This document shows positions 10,430 through 17,993 of a stretch of 64,000 bases of DNA, piece by piece. The stretch comes from Cyclobacteriaceae bacterium (GTDB taxonomy: Bacteria; Bacteroidota; Bacteroidia; Cytophagales; Cyclobacteriaceae), in contig JBGSYX010000088.1 in NCBI GenBank assembly GCA_041750735.1, forward strand, positions 1,346-65,345. The letters run 5' to 3'. A model generated the notes under the pieces. That model was not told the origin of the DNA, ran no database searches, and saw only the letters and a program-made list of their open reading frames with translations. The first letter of the stretch is position 1, and each line of letters opens with the position of its first letter. The translations under genes and the position numbers were made by a program.

Positions 10430-10993
10430 CTAGGAATAATGCTGCCCCGACTTTAGAATCATCCGCCCAATGGATCGGCTATTATTTGTGAGTTCGGCAA
10501 TCTGATCCAATTCAAACCATCTCACATCATGCGATTCATGACTTGTTGTTATTGTGAGTAATTTATCAGCGATAAAAAGGAAACGTATGTCGTAGTGGAA
10601 ATGTGCCGCAACCGCTCCGTGGGCTGGTATCTGATGAATGTCAAGATCAAAAATACCGTTGTTAGCCAGTTGTATTGTAGATAACCCAGTTTCCTCAATC
10701 GCTTCACGGTGAGCCGCGGCTGTCACATCCTCTTGGCCATCGGTATGACCGCCCGGTTGCAGCCATTTATTGAGTTTTCTATGATGGACAAGCAATGCAG
10801 ACGTGGCACTATTATCGATAATCCATGCCGAGGCAGTAATATGCCCAGTATTCAAATCTCTGGAGTAACAATTCTGAAAATTTCTCAGGAGGGATACAAA
10901 TCTGGGGATAAAGTGATATTCATCCTCAAAGTTGGTTTGGTAATTTTCAAGATGCTGAAGCAATTGAAGTCGATCCATAAAAAAGAGCAGCAA
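10430..10993 (-). CDS. NUDIX hydrolase
   Basis: The product has an intact Nudix box (GGHTDGQEDVTAAAHREAIEETGL). The start is either 10993 or the ATG at 10978 (MDRLQLL). Confidence 0.8.
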   Translation of the reverse strand: MLLFFMDRLQLLQHLENYQTNFEDEYHFIPRFVSLLRNFQNCYSRDLNTGHITASAWIIDNSATSALLVHHRKLNKWLQPGGHTDGQEDVTAAAHREAIEETGLSTIQLANNGIFDLDIHQIPAHGAVAAHFHYDIRFLFIADKLLTITTSHESHDVRWFELDQIAELTNNSRSIGRMILKSGQHYS

Positions 10994-11035
10994 ACCCAGT
11001 GGAATTGCTGCCCGGTATTCTACTATATCTATGAA

Positions 11036-11920
11036 TTATCCGTTGGCGAGCGCTTCGGCGCCACCTACGATTTCTAATATTTCTGTTGTAATGGCCGCTT
11101 GCCGGGTTCGGTTATAAACCAGTTTAAGTTCATTAAGCAATTCACCGGCATTTTCTGTCGCCTGATCCATGGCTGTCATTCGAGCGCCATGTTCAGAAGC
11201 ATTGGATTCCAATATTGATTTATACAACTGAATTTTCAACCTGTGAGGAATTAACTCCCGGATGATCTCTTCGGCGCTAGGCTCATAAATATAAAATGGT
11301 ATTTCCCGTTCACCTCTCACTACTTCCTTTGGTACGATGGGTAAATACTGCTCCGCTTTTAGTACTTGAGTCGCCACATTTTTGAATTCATTATATACTA
11401 TCTCAACTCTGTCATATCTCTTTCCAGTGAACCCATCCAGAACAAATGCAGCTGCTTCCCTGGCTTTTTCGAAGGAAAGTTCAGTAAATATTTTGTAATA
11501 ATCCTCGACCAACTGATAGTCACGTTTTGAAAAAAACTCAAAGGCTTTCTTGCCAAACGGCATTATCCATAGGTGATTCTTTCTGAATTGATTAGCGTAT
11601 TTTTCATTGATTAGCGCGGTGGTCGCTTTGATGACGTTTGAATTAAAAGCACCGCAAAGACCTCTGTCGGAAGTAATTACCACGATCAAAACGTTTTCAG
11701 CAGGACGCTCCTCAGCAAATTCGATTTCCAGATTTTCGCCAGCTTCACTATAAATTTTATCCAGAAGTCCTTCCAATTGGCGGACGTATGGCCGCATTTG
11801 CATAATGGCATCCTGGGCTTTGCGCAACCTTGAAGCAGCAACCATTTTCATGGCCTTCGTAATTTGCTGCGTCGATTTTACTGACTGAATCCGGTTTCGT
11901 ACTTCTTTTAAATTTGCCAT
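11036..11920 (-). CDS. atpG: F1 ATP synthase gamma subunit
   Basis: The 294-aa product has the N-terminus MANLKEVRNRIQSVKSTQQITKAMKMVAASRLRKAQ and the C-terminus ITTEILEIVGGAEAL. Confidence 0.95.
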   Translation of the reverse strand: MANLKEVRNRIQSVKSTQQITKAMKMVAASRLRKAQDAIMQMRPYVRQLEGLLDKIYSEAGENLEIEFAEERPAENVLIVVITSDRGLCGAFNSNVIKATTALINEKYANQFRKNHLWIMPFGKKAFEFFSKRDYQLVEDYYKIFTELSFEKAREAAAFVLDGFTGKRYDRVEIVYNEFKNVATQVLKAEQYLPIVPKEVVRGEREIPFYIYEPSAEEIIRELIPHRLKIQLYKSILESNASEHGARMTAMDQATENAGELLNELKLVYNRTRQAAITTEILEIVGGAEALANG

Positions 11921-11938
11921 CGGAAGAATCTATCGGGA

Positions 11939-13513
11939 TTAAATTTGTGCAGCAATGTCCAGCGCTACCTTTTTCATTTTGTCCTGCATATCGTCGGTAA
12001 ATTTGCCAGCTTTCAGATCGTTAAGAACATCAACATGCTGAAGCCTCAGTTCTTTAAGGTAGGTCTCCTCAAAATACTTCATTTTTTCATTTGGCACATT
12101 ATCGGTATATCCTTTTGTCGATGCAAAAATTATCGCGATCTGATCTTCAACGGCCACCGGTGAAAATTGCGGTTGTTTCAGAACTTCCTGGTTCTTTCTT
12201 CCTCTGGTGATAGTACGCAGTGTAGCAGCATCGAGATCGGAACCAAATTTTGAGAATGCTTCCAATTCACGGAACTGCGCCTGATCCAGTTTCAGTGTAC
12301 CTGCAACTCTTTTCATGGATTTTATCTGAGCATTACCACCAACCCTTGATACTGAGATACCGACGTTGATCGCGGGTCGGATACCTGAGTTGAACAAGTT
12401 GGTTTCGAGGAATATCTGTCCGTCGGTGATAGAGATTACGTTGGTGGGTATATATGCTGAAACGTCACCGGCCTGTGTTTCAATAATCGGAAGGGCTGTA
12501 AGTGAGCCTCCTCCTTTTACTTTACCCTCAAGGGATGGAGGAAGATCGTTCATCTGCTTCGCGATAGCATCGCTACCGTTTATCTTGGCCGCTCTTTCGA
12601 GCAATCTGCTGTGCAGGTAGAACACGTCACCCGGGTAAGCTTCCCTTCCTGGCGGGCGGCGTAGTAGAAGCGACACCTGACGATAGGCTACAGCCTGCTT
12701 GGACAAATCATCGTAAATGACCAATGCCGGACGTCCAGTATCGCGGAAAAACTCGCCAATGGCAGCTCCTGTAAACGGAGCAAAGAATTGCATTGGAGCT
12801 GGATCGGCGGCAGTTGCTGCTACAATTATGGTATAATCCATGGCACCATGGCGCTCCAATGATGTAGCAACTTGCTTCACTGTCGAGGCTTTCTGTCCAA
12901 TTGCCACATAGATACAATATACAGGTTCTCCTTTCTGATAGAATTCCTTTTGATTTATGATCGTATCAATCGCGATGGCGCTTTTTCCTGTCTGTCGATC
13001 ACCGATAATAAGCTCACGTTGACCACGGCCAATTGGAATCATAGAATCAATTGCCTTAATACCCGTTTGAAGCGGTTCCTTCACCGGTTCGCGGTAGATC
13101 ACACCTGGTGCTTTGCGTTCGAGGGGCATATTGTATAGCGGGCCTTTCACTTCACCTCTGCCATCAATTGGCTGACCCAGGGTATCCACTACCCTGCCTA
13201 CTAGTCCCTCGCCAACATTAATGGAAGCAATTTTACCGGTTCGCTTTACAGTATCTCCTTCTTTTATCTCATCAGAATCGCCAAAGAGTACAGCTCCCAC
13301 ATTGTCTTCTTCTAGGTTCAGGACAAGGGCTGCTGTTCCATTTTCAAATTCAAGCAATTCTCCGGATTGTGCATTTGACAATCCGTAAATCCGGGCAACA
13401 CCATCGCCTACCTGTAAAACAGTTCCAACTTCTTTGAGTTCAGCCTCGGTTTTAAAATTGGACAATTCTTGTCGTAAAATCGCCGAAACTTCATCAGGTC
13501 TTATACCACTCAT
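11939..13513 (-). CDS. atpA: F1 ATP synthase alpha subunit
   Basis: The 524-aa product has a Walker A motif (GDRQTGKS) plus [27 protein letters not shown]. Confidence 0.97.
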   Translation of the reverse strand: MSGIRPDEVSAILRQELSNFKTEAELKEVGTVLQVGDGVARIYGLSNAQSGELLEFENGTAALVLNLEEDNVGAVLFGDSDEIKEGDTVKRTGKIASINVGEGLVGRVVDTLGQPIDGRGEVKGPLYNMPLERKAPGVIYREPVKEPLQTGIKAIDSMIPIGRGQRELIIGDRQTGKSAIAIDTIINQKEFYQKGEPVYCIYVAIGQKASTVKQVATSLERHGAMDYTIIVAATAADPAPMQFFAPFTGAAIGEFFRDTGRPALVIYDDLSKQAVAYRQVSLLLRRPPGREAYPGDVFYLHSRLLERAAKINGSDAIAKQMNDLPPSLEGKVKGGGSLTALPIIETQAGDVSAYIPTNVISITDGQIFLETNLFNSGIRPAINVGISVSRVGGNAQIKSMKRVAGTLKLDQAQFRELEAFSKFGSDLDAATLRTITRGRKNQEVLKQPQFSPVAVEDQIAIIFASTKGYTDNVPNEKMKYFEETYLKELRLQHVDVLNDLKAGKFTDDMQDKMKKVALDIAAQI

Positions 13514-13544
13514 ATTTGTATATTAATCGTTGTAAAAAATCAAT

Positions 13545-14087
13545 TTACGGACGGCCTTTCAGCTCACGTCGCAAGTCATTAAGTTTTGTTTTGATTGAAT
13601 CATCAACCTGCAGATCACCTATTCGGAGTACGTAACCTCCAATAAGAGATGCGTCAATTTTTGTTGCCAATTCCACTTTTTTGCCAGTCGCTTTGGCGAT
13701 AATGCTCAGAAAATCTTTCCTTACGGAATCTGATATAGGCACTGATGATGTTACACTGGATCGCACAATACCCATATAATCATGATAGAGCGAAACAAAT
13801 ACGCGACTGCAATCTGGTAAAATTTGGGCTCTGTTTTTCCGACAAATCAACCCGAAAAAGGACGACGTTGCCTCATTTACCTTCTTACCAAAGATCTGCT
13901 GGAGCACACGAAGTTTGTAGTCAAATCGGATAATAGGATTTTTAAGAGTAGTGACAAGTGCCCTGTTTTCCTCACATACTTTCTCTATGAGCACCATGTC
14001 GTTATAAATTCCATCGAGTTTTTTGAGCTCAATGGCCAGATCAAAAAGTGATTTTGCGTACCGACTGGCGACCCTATAATCTGACAT
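13545..14087 (-). CDS. atpH: F1 ATP synthase delta (OSCP) subunit
   Basis: The 180-aa product has an OSCP-like N-terminus (VASRYAKSLFDLA). It lies between atpF and atpA and directly abuts the atpF stop. Confidence 0.85.
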   Translation of the reverse strand: MSDYRVASRYAKSLFDLAIELKKLDGIYNDMVLIEKVCEENRALVTTLKNPIIRFDYKLRVLQQIFGKKVNEATSSFFGLICRKNRAQILPDCSRVFVSLYHDYMGIVRSSVTSSVPISDSVRKDFLSIIAKATGKKVELATKIDASLIGGYVLRIGDLQVDDSIKTKLNDLRRELKGRP

Positions 14088-14582
14088 TTAGTTCAGCTTT
14101 AAATCTTTCATGAAACCCTTAATAAGGTCTTGCTGCGACTTATCGTCCGCAAGATTTTTCTTTAGAAGCTTTTCTGCAATTTGCAATGACAAATCGGCCA
14201 CTTGATCCTTGATCTGCCTGATGGCATCATTTTTTTCTGCTTCGATAGTTTGCTTGGCATCTTCAATCATTTTATCGCCAATTGTTTTAGCGTCTGCCTT
14301 TGCCTGCTCTTTTAATTGTTCACCGACTTTAGCAGCTTCGCGCATCATCTTATCCCTTTCCTGGCGGGCTTCAACTAATAATTTCTCATTAGTTGACTTG
14401 AGTTTGGCCATCTCCTCTTTCGCAGAGACTGCAGCTTCCAACGCGTCAGCAATAGACCTTTCTCGGGAATTGATGGCGCCGAGAATGGGCTTCCAAGCAA
14501 ATTTTCCCAGTACAAACAGTACTATCAAAAATATGATCGTCTGCCAGAAGATCAGACCAAATGAGGGGGTTATTAAATCCAT
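14088..14582 (-). CDS. atpF: F0 ATP synthase subunit b
   Basis: The 164-aa product has a single N-terminal TM helix followed by a long charged coiled-coil, and sits at the expected operon position. Confidence 0.85.
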   Translation of the reverse strand: MDLITPSFGLIFWQTIIFLIVLFVLGKFAWKPILGAINSRERSIADALEAAVSAKEEMAKLKSTNEKLLVEARQERDKMMREAAKVGEQLKEQAKADAKTIGDKMIEDAKQTIEAEKNDAIRQIKDQVADLSLQIAEKLLKKNLADDKSQQDLIKGFMKDLKLN

Positions 14583-14653
14583 AGTAGTAGTATTTTGTGT
14601 TAAAAATCCGGCATGCTACCTAATGCAGACATGCCGGATTTGGGAAATTGGTG

Positions 14654-14902
14654 CTACGATGTTGCTATAATCAAGCAAATAATGACACCAAAAAGAGCCA
14701 CACTTTCAATAAGTGCCGCTGCAATGATCATCGCAGTCTGGATTTTACCTACTTCCTCCGGCTGTCTTGCAATGGCTTCCATTGCACTACCACCAATCCG
14801 GCCGATACCCAGGCCTGCGCCTAATGCGACAATACCTGCGCCAATTCCGGCTCCCATAGCACCCAGACCTTCAGCTGCTAACAATAAAATACTTAACAAC
14901 AT
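14654..14902 (-). CDS. atpE: F0 ATP synthase subunit c
   Basis: The 82-aa product is a two-helix hairpin with an ARQPE loop and an ion-binding carboxylate in ALIESVALFG. Confidence 0.95.
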   Translation of the reverse strand: MLLSILLLAAEGLGAMGAGIGAGIVALGAGLGIGRIGGSAMEAIARQPEEVGKIQTAMIIAAALIESVALFGVIICLIIATS

Positions 14903-14930
14903 AATTGATAAATTTAGATAATTATAAAAA

Positions 14931-16016
14931 TCAGGCTGAAACCTCTTTCAGCTTTTCCTTGTGTTCTTCGTGATGATGCTCGTGCTCGGCTGTGGCCAGA
15001 CCAAAATATATTGCTGACAAAAGTGTAAACACAAACGCTTGTATAAATGCTACCAGTAATTCAATAAATGTCATGAATATTCCAAAGAGAACTGAAACCG
15101 GCCCGACATATACGCTCTCAAAGATAAATATCAATGCAATAAGGCTCATGATCACGATGTGCCCGGCAGTGATGTTGGCGAAGAGACGAATCATGAGCGA
15201 AAATGGCTTTGTCAATAATCCCGTAAACTCCACGACGGGCATCAGGGGCAGGGGGATTTTCAACCACCAGGGTACTCCCGGGGTATTGAATATGTGCATC
15301 CAGTAATCTTTGGTACCATTCAAATTTGTGACTACAAAAGTGAATATGGCCAGTGTAAATGTTACCGCGATATTTCCGCTTAAATTAGCTGCACCTGGCA
15401 ACAAGCCCAGCATGTTGTTGAACCATATAAAGAAAAAAACACTGAGCAAGTACGGCATAAACTTCTCGTATTTTTTTTCACCAATCGATGGTATGGCTAT
15501 TTCATTACGAACAAACAAAATTACTGGCTCCAAAGCTGATTGTATTCCGAAAGGAGCGCTTGCCGGATTATTCTTATACCGCCTTGCGATGGTAATGAAC
15601 ACCCAGAACATTAACACAACACTCAGTAGCAGGGTTGCCACGTCTTTGGTTATGGAGATATCGTAGTAAGACCGCGAGGTATCGGATGTAGCAAGACGAC
15701 CATGAGAATCGATAGAATAGCCATCCTTTTCCACTGGTTCGTGATGTTCGTTGACAAAATCGGATGACATATAAAACCTTAGTCCATAACCAATTTCGTA
15801 AATTATAACGGGCAACGGTATAGTGACGTGTGTATGCCCGACCGTGGCAAGGTGCCACTCATGTGAATCCTGAACGTGACGAAAGATAAAGGCGGTTTTG
15901 CTTTCACCTGCCTCTTCAGCGCCAATAACTGGTGTGCTGATTACAGAGATAAAAAATATCAAAAAGCTGAATGCTAAGGCTTTATTGATTTTGCTTTTAA
16001 GGCAACTGAACATCAT
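14931..16016 (-). CDS. atpB: F0 ATP synthase subunit a
   Basis: The 361-aa polytopic product carries the conserved Arg motif MIRLFANITAGH. It overlaps the upstream ORF by about 20 nt. Confidence 0.93.
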   Translation of the reverse strand: MMFSCLKSKINKALAFSFLIFFISVISTPVIGAEEAGESKTAFIFRHVQDSHEWHLATVGHTHVTIPLPVIIYEIGYGLRFYMSSDFVNEHHEPVEKDGYSIDSHGRLATSDTSRSYYDISITKDVATLLLSVVLMFWVFITIARRYKNNPASAPFGIQSALEPVILFVRNEIAIPSIGEKKYEKFMPYLLSVFFFIWFNNMLGLLPGAANLSGNIAVTFTLAIFTFVVTNLNGTKDYWMHIFNTPGVPWWLKIPLPLMPVVEFTGLLTKPFSLMIRLFANITAGHIVIMSLIALIFIFESVYVGPVSVLFGIFMTFIELLVAFIQAFVFTLLSAIYFGLATAEHEHHHEEHKEKLKEVSA

Positions 16017-16401
16017 TATTCCCCTTCTTAATTTGATGGCGCAATTTAGATATTATACCCTTTATTTCAAACCCATGAAATAACAAATAAAGGATTAAAA
16101 AACTGATCGTAAACTGTATGGCATTCGCTCTGTCGTAATAGACAAAAATCGCGGCAAATCCGGCGATGACAAGCAAGCGCCCGACCAATATCGCCATATA
16201 CATATTTAGAAAAAGTGAAGGATAATCCCGGTGGATTTTCAGGAGTATGGCCGCAGAACCAATACTGATCAACAGAAGAAATCCATACATAATCCAGATA
16301 TACTGGTACAAGGTTCCGGGAAAAAACCATTGAACAACGGCAATAACGAGCGCTATAATCAGCGCCAGAATTAAAAGATCCCGAAATGGTGTTTTAGCCA
16401 T
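15997..16401 (-). CDS. Small four-TM membrane protein upstream of atpB (possibly AtpI-like)
   Basis: The 134-aa product has four hydrophobic helices. It lies 3 nt downstream of the AtpZ-like ORF and overlaps atpB. I recognise no diagnostic motif, so the call rests on position. Confidence 0.45.
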   Translation of the reverse strand: MAKTPFRDLLILALIIALVIAVVQWFFPGTLYQYIWIMYGFLLLISIGSAAILLKIHRDYPSLFLNMYMAILVGRLLVIAGFAAIFVYYDRANAIQFTISFLILYLLFHGFEIKGIISKLRHQIKKGNNDVQLP

Positions 16402-16404
16402 AAA

Positions 16405-16680
16405 TCAGTTCTTTGGCAGTCTACGGATCAGTGAATACATAGTGAGAATGATAAATGCTATTATAAGGATAATGGTAAAAACCGGTATCCGTAACTCCAG
16501 CCAATGATCAATCTTACCACCAACCCAATAGCCTAAAAAAATAAGGGCTGCCATTTGAAATGTCAGCCCTGAATATTTTACGTAATCGTTAATTTGGCTT
16601 TTGCGTTCCGGCTGTTGGTTTGCTTTCGACGATTTTGTCTTGTCCATTGATTCCCGATTTAACATCTTTTGGTGGAACAC
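16405..16680 (-). CDS. AtpZ/AtpI-family small membrane protein (ATPase_gene1-like)
   Basis: The segment YVKYSGLTFQMAALIFLGYWVGGKIDHWL followed by a second TM helix matches the AtpZ pattern. Possible ATG starts are at 16680, 16665 and 16647, and all three lie inside the bactofilin ORF. Confidence 0.65.
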   Translation of the reverse strand: MFHQKMLNRESMDKTKSSKANQQPERKSQINDYVKYSGLTFQMAALIFLGYWVGGKIDHWLELRIPVFTIILIIAFIILTMYSLIRRLPKN

Positions 16681-17032
16681 CCATTTTGCACCCTCCGTTG
16701 AACACTGCTCCCGATTCCACGATGAGTTTGCCCGTTACGATATCGCCTGCAATCACTGCGGATGGACGGAGAATCAATTGCTCCGATACCTCCACTACGC
16801 CTTTAACTTCGCCGGAAATTTCGGCATTTTGTGCCACGATATTTCCTTCCACAAACGATGATTGCCCGAGCGCGATTTTTGATTTGCTTTTTACGCTACC
16901 GTTTATTCGTCCTTCGATCCTTATGTTTCCGTAGGATTCGATGTTGCCTTCCACAATTGTACCCTTGCCAATTATATTACTTGAATTGCTGGCTTCCTGG
17001 GTGGCGATTTCGTCTTGTTTATTTTTAAACAT
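16589..17032 (-). CDS. Bactofilin (polymer-forming cytoskeletal protein)
   Basis: The 147-aa product has a beta-helical repeat pattern (TIVEGNIESYGNIRIEGRINGSVKSKSKIALGQSSFVEGNIVAQNAEISGEVKGVVEV..IAGDIVTGKLIVESGAVFNG) and a disordered K/P-rich tail. Confidence 0.85.
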   Translation of the reverse strand: MFKNKQDEIATQEASNSSNIIGKGTIVEGNIESYGNIRIEGRINGSVKSKSKIALGQSSFVEGNIVAQNAEISGEVKGVVEVSEQLILRPSAVIAGDIVTGKLIVESGAVFNGGCKMGVPPKDVKSGINGQDKIVESKPTAGTQKPN

Positions 17033-17044
17033 TGTCTCTACTAT

Positions 17045-17899
17045 TTAAAACGATACAAATTCCTTTGGATTTATGGGGTGACCATTATACCACATCTCGA
17101 AATGAAGGTGAGGTCCGGTTGTAAGTTCACCTGTGTTGCCGATAATAGCTATTACCTGCCCCGAGTTGACAATATTACCAACTTTTTTCATTAATGCCGA
17201 ATTATGCTTGTAAACCGAAATGAGGTTACTCCGGTGCTGAATTGCGATTACATTGCCCGAATCGCTCGTCCAGTCGGCAAAGATCACCGTTCCATCAGCA
17301 ACTGCTTTTACCGGTTCATTCTGCTTGGACACAATGTCAATTCCAAAATGCTCCTGCTTCAAATTGAAATCCGTAGTGACAATTCCGCTAATGGGCGAAA
17401 AGAAATACTGGCCCTCTATCTCCTGGGCAATGGAACTGCCTGACACCAGAAATGAAAGTTCACTTTGTTCAAAATCCTTCCTGAATTGCGAATCAACAGC
17501 TGCGATGGGTTTTAGTGCATACGATCCCGTAATTCCTGCACTGTCGCGGACTAAACTTTGATCGGCGCCGATTTCCCCTGTAAGGATGAGGCGCATATTA
17601 TAAATGAACTGGTCCTGAATTCTGATTTTGTTTTCAAGTGAATCTGTTTTGTTGGCCAGATCTACGAGATATCTATCCATGACGATGAGTTCATGTCGCG
17701 GATCAAACCACTGGGACATAAGCGTGCTTGATAGATATAGACTGGACACCATAGTAATAAGGAAAAATGAAAAGGCCACTAAAACCAGCTTAGCATAGGT
17801 AAAGCTGATCGTAGTCTTTTCGGCAAAATTTTCCTCATTTCGCAAAATGAGCAAATACCTGTTTGTAAGCCAGTTAGAAAGTGATTTTCGAGGTTTCAA
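17045..17899 (-). CDS. M23/LytM-family metallopeptidase with N-terminal membrane anchor
   Basis: The 284-aa product has the HxxxD motif (HFGIDIV) and HxH motif (GPHLHFEMW), one TM helix near the N-terminus, and a TTG start in the ORF track. Confidence 0.85.
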   Translation of the reverse strand: MKPRKSLSNWLTNRYLLILRNEENFAEKTTISFTYAKLVLVAFSFFLITMVSSLYLSSTLMSQWFDPRHELIVMDRYLVDLANKTDSLENKIRIQDQFIYNMRLILTGEIGADQSLVRDSAGITGSYALKPIAAVDSQFRKDFEQSELSFLVSGSSIAQEIEGQYFFSPISGIVTTDFNLKQEHFGIDIVSKQNEPVKAVADGTVIFADWTSDSGNVIAIQHRSNLISVYKHNSALMKKVGNIVNSGQVIAIIGNTGELTTGPHLHFEMWYNGHPINPKEFVSF

Positions 17900-17993
17900 C
17901 TTAGTTTAATCCTAAATATGAGGTACAAAAGTATGTATTAAAAAGTATTTCGAATAGATATATTGTATTAATTGTCATTAATTTCGCGTTTCA

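Noticed and set aside
14654-14902. A possible Na+-specific c-ring, since an E-S pair occurs in helix 2 (ALIESVALF).
   Set aside because: In my by-eye alignment, the helix-1 Gln of the Na+-binding motif (Q...ES/T...Y in I. tartaricus) is Ile here, and the Tyr is Phe. The motif is incomplete, so H+ coupling is the default.
14613-14921. A 102-aa plus-strand ORF with a striking Pro/Ala/Ile-rich repeat (PIRPIPRPAPNATIPAPIPAPIAPRP).
   Set aside because: It is the antisense reading of the Gly/Ala-rich atpE (subunit c) gene. The repeat is a mirror of GAGIGAGIVALGAGLGIG, and atpE is unambiguous.
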